From NCBI RefSeq assembly GCF_051903065.1, contig NZ_CP178438.1: a DNA stretch of 64,000 nucleotides; one strand, written 5' to 3'. Source of the stretch: Escherichia coli. GTDB lineage: Bacteria; Pseudomonadota; Gammaproteobacteria; Enterobacterales; Enterobacteriaceae. Under the pieces are notes generated by a model. The model had not been told where the DNA came from, searched no databases, and was given only the letters and a program-made list of their open reading frames with translations. This document shows, in pieces, positions 30,326 to 41,093 of the stretch. Both the position numbers and the translations under genes were made by a program. The stretch's first letter is position 1; each line of letters begins with the position of its first letter.

Positions 30326-31258
30326 TTAATTCTCCCGATGCAGTAAATCCTGATAGATCCCCGTTAATATGCCATTTGGCGCAAATTGTTTTTTAATCCA
30401 CTGCGTCACCTGACCCGTAGCAGAATGCTGAGTCGCCAGTAACATGCGCGAATCCTGGCGCGGATTATGGATTTGTCGGGTAACCAGCAGGGATTGCGTC
30501 ATCGCCTCACGGACCATGTAATCCGGCAAAAAACCAATCCCTTCACCTAAAATCTGGCACTGACATTTGGTGTTGAAATCTGGCACCAGAATTGACTCCT
30601 GCCCGTGCAGCAACCAGCCCACTTTTTTATTAATCGTATGCGCGGTGTCCTCCACCATAATATTAGGGTAGAGACGCAGTTGGCTTTCGGCGATGGGTTC
30701 CGGCACAAAGGCTAACGGGTGATCCGGGGCGATAGCAAAAGCCCAGCGAATCGCGCCAATTTCAGTGTAATCAATACCGCCGCCGTCCAGTAGTGTATCG
30801 GGTGCGCCGATGGCGATATTGGCCTGATTATTAATAATCGCATCCCAGACGCCGTTATACACTTCGGTCGTCACGGTAATCTGGCAGGTAGGAAACTGCT
30901 TTTTCAGCACCTGTAATAAGCGCGCGGTGTGTTTGGGCGTATAAAGCAGCTGATTAATACAAATGCGCACACGCGCTTCTATGCCCTGCGAAATAGTATC
31001 GATACTGCGTTTGATGGCGTGAAAATCATTCAGCAGGTCGGTAGCTTTGCGGAAAAAATAACGCCCGGACTCCGTTAACTCAATGCTGCGGGTACTGCGA
31101 GTGAACAGCACCACATCCAGCCCCGTCTCCATACGCTTAATGGTGTAGCTAATGGCGGAAGTGGTTAAACCCAACTCTTCTGCGGCTTTACTGAAACTGC
31201 CAAAACGCGCAGCGGTAGTAAATGCCAACAGATTCTCTTCGGTAAAAATTGAGTTCAT
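30326..31258 (-). CDS. yahB: LysR-family transcriptional regulator
   Basis: 310-aa ORF, N-terminal HTH, LysR substrate-binding fold; K-12 synteny. Confidence 0.85.
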   Translation of the reverse strand: MNSIFTEENLLAFTTAARFGSFSKAAEELGLTTSAISYTIKRMETGLDVVLFTRSTRSIELTESGRYFFRKATDLLNDFHAIKRSIDTISQGIEARVRICINQLLYTPKHTARLLQVLKKQFPTCQITVTTEVYNGVWDAIINNQANIAIGAPDTLLDGGGIDYTEIGAIRWAFAIAPDHPLAFVPEPIAESQLRLYPNIMVEDTAHTINKKVGWLLHGQESILVPDFNTKCQCQILGEGIGFLPDYMVREAMTQSLLVTRQIHNPRQDSRMLLATQHSATGQVTQWIKKQFAPNGILTGIYQDLLHREN

Positions 31259-31349
31259 TAAACCATTCCCGCCATTATCTACTATGAATTTCTCCAGCTA
31301 TGACTGTAGAGGTATCGGTTAAAGATAGATAATCATTTTTGAATAACTT

Positions 31350-31847
31350 TTAATACCCGTCGCGTTTAGTCGTCGCTTCGCTTAATTTTTGTCCACCATA
31401 TTCTGAAATTATCCCCACGCAGTTACCCGCCAGAAAACCCAGTAATGTCACCGTCCAGTTCATCCCGCTGGCAAAAAACAGCGTCATGCCGAGAAAGCCA
31501 CCGGGAATAAATGACAGTAACCAGAAACGCCCTTGCCAGACCACCACCGCCGAGAAGGGTACGGTAGTAATTACGCTCGCCCAGAACGCGGACAGTCCAC
31601 TTACAGAGGCCAGCCAACCAGCAGCCAGCGCGGCGAAAAACGCCCACACCATCCCGGAATAATTAACCGCCAGACTTCTGATAAACCCCGATTTACCGCC
31701 GCCTGCGGCATAAAAACTGCAAAAGGCGACGAAGCCAATGGTTCCTAATAATTCCCATCCCTGAGAGAGCCCGACATGTGAAGACACTAACTGCCAAAGC
31801 CCTGCACAAATACCGACGGTGACACCCGTTGCCGTGAGTCCGTTCAT
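31350..31847 (-). CDS. yahC: inner membrane protein
   Basis: 165-aa hydrophobic ORF, K-12 synteny. Confidence 0.8.
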   Translation of the reverse strand: MNGLTATGVTVGICAGLWQLVSSHVGLSQGWELLGTIGFVAFCSFYAAGGGKSGFIRSLAVNYSGMVWAFFAALAAGWLASVSGLSAFWASVITTVPFSAVVVWQGRFWLLSFIPGGFLGMTLFFASGMNWTVTLLGFLAGNCVGIISEYGGQKLSEATTKRDGY

Positions 31848-32104
31848 CTTGTTCCCCTCTGGTTAGACATGGACGAAAGCTACTCTTACATGTGCAGACT
31901 ATAGAGAAATAAAACCTGATTGAGTGAAAGGGTATCGGGTCAAAGAAACAAATATTGCACTACCGCACACTGCGAAAAGATTGTTGAACATCATTCAACA
32001 AAAAGGCGAAATACGGCGAATTAAATTTAAGCGGGTTCTTTTATCAGATTATCGTTGCTATTCTCAATTCATCGAAAACAGCCACAAAAACCAGGGGAAT
32101 GTGA

Positions 32105-32710
32105 ATGAGTATAAAAAATCTACCTGCCGACTATTTATTGGCTGCACAACAGGGTGATATCGATAAAGTAAAAACCTGCCTTGCGCTGGGTGTCGATATT
32201 AATACCTGCGATCGTCAGGGGAAAACGGCAATTACGCTGGCAAGTTTATATCAGCAATATGCTTGCGTTCAGGCATTAATTGATGCCGGAGCGGATATTA
32301 ATAAGCAAGATCATACCTGTTTAAATCCTTTTTTAATCAGTTGCCTGAACGGTGATTTAACGCTACTACGAATTATTTTACCGGCTAAACCCGATCTTAA
32401 TTGTGTAACCCGTTTCGGCGGTGTCGGCCTGACGCCTGCCTGTGAAAAAGGTCACTTAAGTATTGTGAAAGAGCTTTTGGCGCATACGGATATTAACGTT
32501 AACCAGACCAACCATGTAGGCTGGACGCCGCTACTGGAAGCGATTGTGCTTAATGATGGTGGTATTAAACAGCAGGCGATTGTGCAGTTATTGCTGGAAC
32601 ACGGTGCCAGCCCGCATCTGACCGATAAATATGGCAAAACGCCACTGGAACTGGCGCGGGAACGGGGCTTTGAAGAGATTGCGCAGTTACTGATTGCCGC
32701 AGGTGCATAA
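32105..32710 (+). CDS. yahD: ankyrin-repeat protein
   Basis: 201-aa ORF with repeated ankyrin-like motifs (GKTAITLA, GWTPLLEA, GKTPLELA). Confidence 0.8.
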   Translation: MSIKNLPADYLLAAQQGDIDKVKTCLALGVDINTCDRQGKTAITLASLYQQYACVQALIDAGADINKQDHTCLNPFLISCLNGDLTLLRIILPAKPDLNCVTRFGGVGLTPACEKGHLSIVKELLAHTDINVNQTNHVGWTPLLEAIVLNDGGIKQQAIVQLLLEHGASPHLTDKYGKTPLELARERGFEEIAQLLIAAGA

Positions 32711-32749
32711 ACCGGGAGGCTTGCTATCAACACACCAGAAAAACGGTGT

Positions 32750-33613
32750 GTGTGGGCGCTAACTGCGGATGCGGATTTTCTGGCGCAGCGGGGGCAAGGA
32801 CAGGTTGAACAGGTCTTTGCCAGAGCGGTAAATATCGCACTCCCGGCTCGCCAGCAGTTGCTGACGCTGCTTTGTGAAGAGTACGACAATGCGCCAAACA
32901 GTTGTCGGTTGGCACTCACTCACTTTGATGGTCTGTTCCGGCATGGTGATAAGGTTCAGTTTGACGATCAAGGCATTACGGTTGGTCAACATCTTCATAT
33001 AGAGATGAGTCGTTGTCGGCGTTGGCTGTCCCCAACCTTGCAAATGACCGCTGTGAATTTTCACCTTATCGCCTGGCAACAGTGGCACGACATTATTCAT
33101 CAGCACTTGGGGGAAAATGAAACCCTGTTTAATTATCGCGGCGATAATCCGTTTTATCAGGCGTTAAATAAAGAATTACATATTAAACGACGGGCAGTTA
33201 TTCAGACAGTAAACGATAAGCAAAATATCGCCTCAGCGGTCACCAGTATGATTGGGTTAGGGATTGGCCTTACGCCATCAGCCGACGATTATTTAACAGG
33301 TCTGGCGCTTATTTTATTTATTCCCGGGCATCCGGCGGAAAAATACAAAGAGGAATTTTATCTCGGTCTGCAACGCGGCAGAAATAATACCACATTATTA
33401 AGTGCTATAACGCTGGAAGCCGCATTACAACAACGTTGCCGGGAAAATATTCATCGTTTTATTCACAACATTATTTATGACATCCCTGGGAACGCAACTC
33501 AGGCAATAGAAAAAATTAAACATATTGGCTCCAGTTCCGGCTGCGACATGCTGTATGGCATGGCCGATGGTTGTGCGCTGAGCCAAACCTACGGAGGGAA
33601 TTATGTCAGTTAA
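32750..33613 (+). CDS. yahE: DUF2877-like protein (YlbF paralogue)
   Basis: 287-aa ORF, K-12 synteny. Confidence 0.75.
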   Translation: MWALTADADFLAQRGQGQVEQVFARAVNIALPARQQLLTLLCEEYDNAPNSCRLALTHFDGLFRHGDKVQFDDQGITVGQHLHIEMSRCRRWLSPTLQMTAVNFHLIAWQQWHDIIHQHLGENETLFNYRGDNPFYQALNKELHIKRRAVIQTVNDKQNIASAVTSMIGLGIGLTPSADDYLTGLALILFIPGHPAEKYKEEFYLGLQRGRNNTTLLSAITLEAALQQRCRENIHRFIHNIIYDIPGNATQAIEKIKHIGSSSGCDMLYGMADGCALSQTYGGNYVS

Positions 33614-35150
33614 AATAGTCATTAAACCGAATACCTATTTTGATTCTGTCTCGCTGATGTCTATCTCCACGCGTGCAAATAAACTCGACGGCGTCGAGCA
33701 GGCATTTGTGGCGATGGCGACCGAAATGAATAAAGGCGTGCTGAAGAATTTAGGACTGCTGACGCCGGAGCTGGAGCAGGCGAAAAACGGCGACCTGATG
33801 ATTGTCATCAATGGTAAATCGGGTGCGGACAATGAGCAGTTGCTGGCGGAGATTGAAGAACTGTTCAACACCAAAGCGCAAAGCGGCTCGCACGAGGCGC
33901 GTTACGCCACTATTGCCAGCGCCAAAAAGCATATCCCGGAAAGTAACCTGGCGGTGATTTCGGTCAACGGTCTGTTTGCCGCTCGCGAAGCGCGTCAGGC
34001 GCTGCAAAACGATCTCAACGTGATGCTGTTTTCCGATAACGTCTCAGTTGAAGATGAACTGGCGCTCAAGCAACTGGCCCACGAAAAAGGGCTGCTGATG
34101 ATGGGGCCAGACTGCGGCACGGCGATTATCAACGGTGCGGCGCTCTGCTTTGGTAACGCCGTGCGTCGCGGCAACATCGGTATTGTTGGCGCATCCGGCA
34201 CCGGCAGCCAGGAGCTGAGCGTCCGCATTCATGAATTTGGTGGCGGCGTTTCACAACTGATTGGCACCGGCGGGCGCGACCTGAGCGAGAAAATCGGCGG
34301 CCTGATGATGCTCGACGCCATCGGGATGCTGGAAAACGATCCGCAAACTGAAATTATAGCGCTGATTTCAAAACCTCCCGCGCCTGCGGTGGCCCGTAAA
34401 GTGCTGGAACGCGCCCGCGCCTGCCGCAAGCCGGTGGTGGTCTGCTTCCTCGGTCGTGGCGAAACGCCAGTGGATGAGCAGGGGCTACAGTTTGCCCGCG
34501 GCACCAAAGAAGCGGCGCTGAAAGCGGTGATGCTCTCCGGCGTGAAACAGGAAAATCTCGACCTGCATACCCTGAACCAGCCGTTGATTGCGGATGTGCG
34601 TGCGCGTCTGCAACCGCAGCAGAAATACATTCGTGGCCTGTTCTGCGGCGGCACGTTGTGCGACGAAACCATGTTCGCGGTGATGGAAAAACATGGCGAT
34701 GTCTACAGCAACATTCAGCCCGATCCGGAATTCCGCCTGAAAGATATCAACCGCAGCATTAAACACACCTTCCTCGACTTTGGCGATGACGACTTCACCA
34801 ACGGCAAGCCGCACCCGATGATTGACCCCACCAACCGTATCAGCCGCTTGATCGAAGAAGCGCGCGATCCAGAAGTGGCGGTGATCGTGATGGATTTTGT
34901 GCTCGGATTTGGATCGCATGAAGATCCGGTCGGCTCCACCATCGAGGCGATCAAAGAAGCGAAAGCGATCGCCGCTGCCGAAGGACGCGAGTTGATCATT
35001 CTCGCCTATGTGCTGGGTACCGATCTTGATACGCCATCGTTAGAACAACAAAGCCAGATGCTGCTTGATGCCGGAGTGATTCTGGCGAGCAGCAGCACCA
35101 ATACCGGATTGCTGGCGCGTGAATTTATCTGCAAAGGGGAGGAAGCCTGA
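33603..35150 (+). CDS. yahF: FdrA-like protein (acyl-CoA synthetase alpha-subunit-like CoA-binding fold)
   Basis: 515-aa ORF with Gly-rich nucleotide/CoA-binding motifs; K-12 synteny. Confidence 0.8.
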   Translation: MSVKIVIKPNTYFDSVSLMSISTRANKLDGVEQAFVAMATEMNKGVLKNLGLLTPELEQAKNGDLMIVINGKSGADNEQLLAEIEELFNTKAQSGSHEARYATIASAKKHIPESNLAVISVNGLFAAREARQALQNDLNVMLFSDNVSVEDELALKQLAHEKGLLMMGPDCGTAIINGAALCFGNAVRRGNIGIVGASGTGSQELSVRIHEFGGGVSQLIGTGGRDLSEKIGGLMMLDAIGMLENDPQTEIIALISKPPAPAVARKVLERARACRKPVVVCFLGRGETPVDEQGLQFARGTKEAALKAVMLSGVKQENLDLHTLNQPLIADVRARLQPQQKYIRGLFCGGTLCDETMFAVMEKHGDVYSNIQPDPEFRLKDINRSIKHTFLDFGDDDFTNGKPHPMIDPTNRISRLIEEARDPEVAVIVMDFVLGFGSHEDPVGSTIEAIKEAKAIAAAEGRELIILAYVLGTDLDTPSLEQQSQMLLDAGVILASSSTNTGLLAREFICKGEEA

Positions 35151-36568
35151 TGAGCCAGTCACTGTTTAGCCAACCATTGAACGTTATTAACGTCGGCATC
35201 GCCATGTTTAGCGATGACCTGAAAAAGCAGCATGTAGAAGTGACTCAACTCGACTGGACGCCGCCGGGGCAGGGCAATATGCAGGTGGTGCAGGCGCTGG
35301 ATAACATTGCCGATTCGCCGCTGGCAGACAAAATCGCCGCCGCTAACCAGCAGGCGCTGGAGCGCATTATCCAGTCGCATCCGGTGCTGATTGGTTTTGA
35401 TCAGGCGATTAACGTGGTGCCGGGCATGACGCCGAAAACCATTCTTCACGCCGGGCCGCCGATCACCTGGGAAAAAATGTGCGGCGCGATGAAAGGCGCG
35501 GTCACCGGAGCGCTGGTGTTCGAAGGACTGGCGAAAGATCTCGACGAGGCGGCTGAACTGGCGGCTTCCGGGGAGATCACCTTCTCGCCGTGTCACGAGC
35601 ACGACTGCGTGGGATCGATGGCGGGTGTTACCTCGGCCTCGATGTTTATGCACATCGTAAAAAACAAAACCTACGGCAACATCGCTTATACCAACATGAG
35701 CGAGCAGATGGCGAAGATTTTGCGTATGGGCGCTAACGACCAGAGCGTGATTGACCGCCTGAACTGGATGCGTGATGTGCAGGGACCAATACTGCGCGAC
35801 GCGATGAAAATTATCGGCGAAATCGATCTGCGCTTAATGCTGGCGCAGGCGCTGCATATGGGCGATGAGTGCCATAACCGCAATAACGCCGGGACGACGC
35901 TGCTGATTCAGGCGCTGACGCCGGGGATTATCCAGGCGGGCTATTCCGTCGCGCAACAGCGCGAAGTGTTTGAGTTTGTCGCCAGCAGCGACTACTTCTC
36001 CGGCCCGACGTGGATGGCGATGTGTAAAGCGGCGATGGATGCGGCGCACGGCATCGAATACAGCACCGTGGTCACCACCATGGCGCGTAACGGCGTCGAG
36101 TTCGGCCTGCGGGTCAGCGGATTACCGGGGCAATGGTTTACCGGTCCGGCGCAGCAGGTCATCGGCCCGATGTTTGCCGGTTATAAGCCGGAAGATTCGG
36201 GGCTGGATATCGGCGATAGCGCCATCACAGAAACCTACGGTATTGGCGGGTTTGCTATGGCGACCGCACCCGCTATCGTCGCGCTGGTGGGCGGCACGGT
36301 GGAAGAGGCTATCGATTTCTCCCGTCAGATGCGCGAAATCACCCTTGGCGAAAACCCCAACGTCACCATTCCGCTGCTCGGTTTTATGGGCGTGCCATCG
36401 GCAATCGACATCACCCGCGTGGGTAGCAGCGGCATTCTGCCAGTGATCAACACCGCCATCGCCCATAAAGATGCGGGCGTCGGCATGATTGGCGCGGGCA
36501 TTGTGCATCCACCTTTTGCCTGCTTCGAGAAAGCCATTCTTGGCTGGTGCGAACGTTACGGCGTCTGA
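35150..36568 (+). CDS. yahG: DUF1116 protein (YlbE paralogue)
   Basis: 472-aa ORF, start overlaps yahF stop, K-12 synteny. Confidence 0.8.
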   Translation: MSQSLFSQPLNVINVGIAMFSDDLKKQHVEVTQLDWTPPGQGNMQVVQALDNIADSPLADKIAAANQQALERIIQSHPVLIGFDQAINVVPGMTPKTILHAGPPITWEKMCGAMKGAVTGALVFEGLAKDLDEAAELAASGEITFSPCHEHDCVGSMAGVTSASMFMHIVKNKTYGNIAYTNMSEQMAKILRMGANDQSVIDRLNWMRDVQGPILRDAMKIIGEIDLRLMLAQALHMGDECHNRNNAGTTLLIQALTPGIIQAGYSVAQQREVFEFVASSDYFSGPTWMAMCKAAMDAAHGIEYSTVVTTMARNGVEFGLRVSGLPGQWFTGPAQQVIGPMFAGYKPEDSGLDIGDSAITETYGIGGFAMATAPAIVALVGGTVEEAIDFSRQMREITLGENPNVTIPLLGFMGVPSAIDITRVGSSGILPVINTAIAHKDAGVGMIGAGIVHPPFACFEKAILGWCERYGV

Positions 36569-36581
36569 CCTACATGTTCAT

Positions 36582-37046
36582 GCCGGATGCGGCGTGAACG
36601 CCTTATCCGGCCTACGAATGGCGCAAGAATCTGTAGGCCTGATAAGCGTAGCGCATCAGGCATTTGTCACCATTGCCGGATGCGGCGTGAACGCCTTATC
36701 CGGCCCACGAATGGCACGAGAATCTGTAGGCCTGATAAGCGTAGCGCATCAGGCATTTGTCACCATTGCCGGATGCGGCGTGAACGCCTTATCCGGCCTA
36801 CGAATGGCGCAAGAATTGTAGGCCTGATAAGCGTAGCGCATCAGGCATTTGTCACCATTGCCGGATGCGGCGTGAACGCCTTATCCGGCCCACGAATGGC
36901 ACGAGAATTTGTAGGCCTGATAAGCGTAGCGCATCAGGCATTTGTCACCATTGCCGGATGCGGCGTGAACGCCTTATCCGGCTTACGAGTGGCACGAGAA
37001 TTTGTAGGCCTGATAAGCGTAGCGCATCAGGCAATTTGGCGTTGGT
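36582..37046. repeat. tandem REP/BIME array, 5 units of about 93 bp
   Basis: Five near-identical tandem units each containing GCCGGATGCGGCGTGAACGCCTTATCCGGCCTAC and GTAGGCCTGATAAGCGTAGCGCATCAGGC palindromic units. Confidence 0.85.
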
Positions 37047-37082
37047 CACAACCCCATCACCCTCTGTAGCGGACATAACAAC

Positions 37083-38033
37083 ATGAAAGAGCTTGTGGTC
37101 GTTGCCATTGGTGGCAACAGCATTATCAAAGATAACGCCAGCCAGTCGATTGAGCATCAGGCGGAGGCGGTGAAAGCCGTCGCCGATACGGTGCTGGAAA
37201 TGCTGGCTTCCGATTACGACATTGTGCTGACCCACGGTAACGGGCCGCAGGTCGGGCTGGATTTACGCCGTGCGGAGATTGCCCACGAGCGCGAAGGGCT
37301 GCCCTTAACGCCGCTGGCGAACTGTGTGGCGGATACGCAAGGCGGCATTGGCTATCTGATCCAACAGGCGCTGAACAACCGACTGGCGCGTCACGGCGAG
37401 AAAAAAGCCGTCACCGTGGTGACTCAGGTGGAAGTGGATAAAAACGATCCGGGATTTGCCCATCCCACCAAGCCCATCGGCGCATTCTTTAGTGACAGCC
37501 AGCGTGACGAATTACAAAAGGCAAACCCTGACTGGTGTTTTGTTGAAGATGCCGGGCGGGGCTATCGCCGCGTAGTCGCTTCGCCGGAACCGAAACGTAT
37601 TGTCGAAGCACCGGCCATTAAGGCGCTGATCCAACAAGGCTTTGTCGTAATTGGCGCGGGCGGCGGTGGAATTCCTGTGGTGCGTACTGACGCGGGAGAT
37701 TACCAAAGCGTGGACGCGGTTATCGACAAAGATCTCTCTACCGCGCTGCTGGCCCGTGAAATTCACGCCGACATTCTGGTGATCACCACCGGGGTGGAAA
37801 AAGTGTGTATTCATTTTGGCAAACCCGAGCAGCAGGCGCTGGATCGCGTAGATATTGCCACCATGACTCGCTATATGCAGGAAGGGCATTTCCCGCCCGG
37901 CAGCATGTTGCCAAAAATCATCGCCAGCCTGACGTTCCTGGAACAGGGCGGCAAAGAAGTGATTATCACCACGCCGGAATGCCTGCCTGCGGCGCTGCGC
38001 GGTGAAACGGGCACCCATATTATTAAAACGTAA
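37083..38033 (+). CDS. yahI: carbamate kinase-like protein
   Basis: 316-aa ORF, amino-acid kinase fold (VVAIGGNS, VLTHGNGPQVG). Confidence 0.85.
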   Translation: MKELVVVAIGGNSIIKDNASQSIEHQAEAVKAVADTVLEMLASDYDIVLTHGNGPQVGLDLRRAEIAHEREGLPLTPLANCVADTQGGIGYLIQQALNNRLARHGEKKAVTVVTQVEVDKNDPGFAHPTKPIGAFFSDSQRDELQKANPDWCFVEDAGRGYRRVVASPEPKRIVEAPAIKALIQQGFVVIGAGGGGIPVVRTDAGDYQSVDAVIDKDLSTALLAREIHADILVITTGVEKVCIHFGKPEQQALDRVDIATMTRYMQEGHFPPGSMLPKIIASLTFLEQGGKEVIITTPECLPAALRGETGTHIIKT

Positions 38034-38042
38034 GGACGTAAG

Positions 38043-39425
38043 ATGAAAGAAAATAATAGCCGCCGTGAATTTCTGAGCCAGAGCGGTAAGATGGTCACCG
38101 CCGCCGCGCTGTTTGGTACCTCTGTGCCGCTCGCCCATGCGGCAGTCTCTGGCACAACCCACTGCGACGCGAATAACGCCATGAAAATCACTGACCCGCA
38201 CTACTATCTCGACAACGTGCTGCTGGAAACTGGATTTGACTACGAAAATGGCGTGGCGGTTCAGACCCGCACGGCGCGCCAGACCGTGGAGATTCAGAAC
38301 GGCAAAATTGTCGCGCTGCGCGAGAATAAGCAGCACCCGGATGCCACGCTTCCGCACTATGATGCTGGCGGTAAGCTGATGTTGCCCACCACCCGCGACA
38401 TGCATATTCATCTCGATAAAACCTTTTACGGCGGGCCGTGGCGCTCGCTTAATCGCCCGGCAGGCACCACCATCCAGGATATGATTAAGCTCGAGCAAAA
38501 AATGCTGCCGGAGCTGCAACCCTACACCCAGGAACGGGCGGAAAAACTGATCGATCTATTGCAGTCGAAAGGCACCACCATTGCCCGCAGTCACTGCAAT
38601 ATCGAACCGGTTTCCGGCCTGAAAAATCTGCAAAATTTGCAGGCGGTGCTGGCGCGACGTCAGGCGGGCTTTGAGTGTGAAATCGTCGCCTTCCCGCAGC
38701 ACGGTTTGCTGCTGTCGAAATCGGAACCCTTAATGCGTGAAGCAATGCAGGCGGGTGCGCATTACGTCGGCGGGCTGGACCCGACCAGTGTCGATGGCGC
38801 GATGGAAAAATCCCTCGACACCATGTTCCAGATTGCGCTGGACTACGACAAAGGCGTCGATATTCACCTGCACGAAACCACTCCGTCGGGCGTGGCAGCC
38901 ATCAATTATATGGTTGAAACGGTAGAGAAAACGCCTCAACTGAAAGGTAAGCTGACCATCAGCCACGCCTTTGCGCTGGCTACGCTCAACGAGCAACAGG
39001 TAGATGAACTGGCGCATCGCATGGCGGCGCAGCAAATTTCTATCGCCTCGACGGTGCCGATTGGCACGCTGCATATGCCGCTCAAACAGTTGCACGACAA
39101 AGGCGTAAAAGTGATGACCGGCACCGACAGCGTTATCGACCACTGGTCGCCTTATGGTCTGGGCGACATGCTGGAAAAAGCCAATCTGTACGCGCAGCTC
39201 TATATTCGTCCTAACGAACAGAACCTCTCCCGTTCGCTGTTTCTAGCCACTGGCGATGTATTGCCGCTGAATGAAAAAGGCGAGCGTGTATGGCCAAAAG
39301 CGCAGGATGACGCCAGCTTTGTGCTGGTGGACGCCTCCTGTTCCGCCGAAGCGGTGGCGCGTATCTCGCCGAGAACCGCAACGTTCCATAAAGGGCAACT
39401 GGTGTGGGGGAGTGTGGCAGGTTGA
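38043..39425 (+). CDS. yahJ: amidohydrolase-family deaminase with twin-arginine signal
   Basis: 460-aa ORF; RREFLSQSG Tat motif near the N-terminus; metal-dependent hydrolase HxH motif. Confidence 0.85.
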   Translation: MKENNSRREFLSQSGKMVTAAALFGTSVPLAHAAVSGTTHCDANNAMKITDPHYYLDNVLLETGFDYENGVAVQTRTARQTVEIQNGKIVALRENKQHPDATLPHYDAGGKLMLPTTRDMHIHLDKTFYGGPWRSLNRPAGTTIQDMIKLEQKMLPELQPYTQERAEKLIDLLQSKGTTIARSHCNIEPVSGLKNLQNLQAVLARRQAGFECEIVAFPQHGLLLSKSEPLMREAMQAGAHYVGGLDPTSVDGAMEKSLDTMFQIALDYDKGVDIHLHETTPSGVAAINYMVETVEKTPQLKGKLTISHAFALATLNEQQVDELAHRMAAQQISIASTVPIGTLHMPLKQLHDKGVKVMTGTDSVIDHWSPYGLGDMLEKANLYAQLYIRPNEQNLSRSLFLATGDVLPLNEKGERVWPKAQDDASFVLVDASCSAEAVARISPRTATFHKGQLVWGSVAG

Positions 39426-39801
39426 TGCGCATTTGAAACGCCTGCAACGGTGAATAGTAAGAGATTTAAGCCCCAGGGAGTGGGGCAATCTGAATATGAG
39501 TGTGTCGGCAGAAATGGACATTATCTTTGAGGAATATGCCCTTATTGACGTTGTGTAGATAACTATTTGTCTACGTGAAAAGATCATCAGTTTTGCCGAT
39601 TTTAGTCTTTTACGGATAGCAAATATCACACTTATAGGCGCTCGCCTTATGGGGAACGTTGCTGCTTTGTTTCATTCAGGCTCGCGGCATGTTGGGGCTG
39701 GATCGGGTGGTTTAAATATTGGCTATATTCAATGGACGCGTTTTGCCGCGATGACATATCAGGCGTCGCCAAATACACATAGCTAATCAGGAGTAAACAC
39801 A

Positions 39802-40851
39802 ATGAAGATCAAAGCTGTTGGTGCATATTCCGCTAAACAACCACTTGAACCGATGGATATCACCCGGCGTGAACCGGGACCGAATGATGTCAAAATCGAA
39901 ATCGCTTACTGTGGCGTCTGCCATTCCGATCTCCACCAGGTCCGTTCCGAGTGGGCGGGGACGGTTTACCCCTGCGTACCGGGTCATGAAATTGTGGGGC
40001 GTGTGGTAGCCGTTGGTGATCAGGTAGAAAAACATGCGCCGGGCGATCTGGTCGGTGTCGGCTGCATTGTCGACAGTTGTAAACATTGCGAAGAGTGTGA
40101 AGACGGGCTGGAAAACTACTGTGATCACATGACCGGCACCTATAACTCGCCGACGCCGGACGAACCGGGCCATACGCTGGGCGGCTACTCACAACAGATC
40201 GTCGTTCATGAGCGATATGTTCTGCGTATTCGTCACCCGCAAGAGCAGCTGGCAGCGGTGGCTCCTTTGTTGTGTGCAGGGATCACCACGTACTCGCCGC
40301 TACGTCACTGGCAGGCCGGGCCGGGTAAAAAAGTGGGCGTGGTCGGCATCGGCGGTCTGGGACATATGGGGATTAAGCTGGCCCACGCGATGGGGGCACA
40401 TGTGGTGGCATTTACCACTTCTGAGGCAAAACGCGAAGCGGCAAAAGCCCTGGGGGCCGATGAAGTTGTTAACTCACGCAATGCCGATGAGATGGCGGCT
40501 CATCTGAAGAGTTTCGATTTCATTTTGAATACAGTAGCTGCGCCACATAATCTCGACGATTTTACCACCTTGCTGAAGCGTGATGGCACCATGACGCTGG
40601 TTGGTGCGCCTGCGACACCGCATAAATCGCCGGAAGTTTTCAACCTGATCATGAAACGCCGTGCGATAGCCGGTTCTATGATTGGCGGCATTCCAGAAAC
40701 TCAGGAGATGCTCGATTTTTGCGCCGAACATGGCATCGTGGCTGATATAGAGATGATTCGGGCCGATCAAATTAATGAAGCCTATGAGCGAATGCTGCGT
40801 GGTGATGTGAAATATCGTTTTGTTATCGATAATCGCACACTAACAGACTGA
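39802..40851 (+). CDS. yahK: NADPH-dependent aldehyde reductase (zinc-type alcohol dehydrogenase)
   Basis: 349-aa ORF with GHE and GxGxxG motifs of Zn-ADH family; K-12 synteny. Confidence 0.9.
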   Translation: MKIKAVGAYSAKQPLEPMDITRREPGPNDVKIEIAYCGVCHSDLHQVRSEWAGTVYPCVPGHEIVGRVVAVGDQVEKHAPGDLVGVGCIVDSCKHCEECEDGLENYCDHMTGTYNSPTPDEPGHTLGGYSQQIVVHERYVLRIRHPQEQLAAVAPLLCAGITTYSPLRHWQAGPGKKVGVVGIGGLGHMGIKLAHAMGAHVVAFTTSEAKREAAKALGADEVVNSRNADEMAAHLKSFDFILNTVAAPHNLDDFTTLLKRDGTMTLVGAPATPHKSPEVFNLIMKRRAIAGSMIGGIPETQEMLDFCAEHGIVADIEMIRADQINEAYERMLRGDVKYRFVIDNRTLTD

Positions 40852-40885
40852 AAAAATTAATAAATACCCTGTGATTTAACATATT

Positions 40886-40925
40886 AACTTCGCTCTCCAC
40901 TTAACTTTTTAGTTAAGGAGAGCGA
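40886..40925. terminator. palindromic hairpin downstream of yahK (terminator-like)
   Basis: TTCGCTCTCCACTTAACT-TTTTT-AGTTAAGGAGAGCGAA long inverted repeat; no external T-run, so function uncertain. Confidence 0.3.
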
Positions 40926-41093
40926 AATAATATCAAAGTAGCAGTAAAACCTATAACGTAAATTCAAATTGTTAAATTAACTCCCTCCAGTACACAATAC
41001 TTCTCACGTTAGTTATGAGCGATTTCTGATAGTGCCTGGTTTAATTAGAGCTTTATTATCTGCGACGTTTATTTTTATTTAAGAGAGATCGCG

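Noticed and set aside
36582-37046. Possibility that the tandem repeat arrays are CRISPR arrays
   Set aside because: Units are contiguous with no unique spacers, are about 95 bp long, and consist of known REP palindromes; no cas genes nearby.
36489-37086. Three overlapping plus-strand ORFs (110, 160 and 73 aa) with internally repetitive translations
   Set aside because: They lie entirely within the tandem REP/BIME array; the repetitive protein sequence is an artefact of translating the repeat units.
37512-38519. 335-aa minus-strand ORF
   Set aside because: Antisense across the yahI-yahJ boundary, both of which are well supported; Arg/Gly-rich low-complexity translation.
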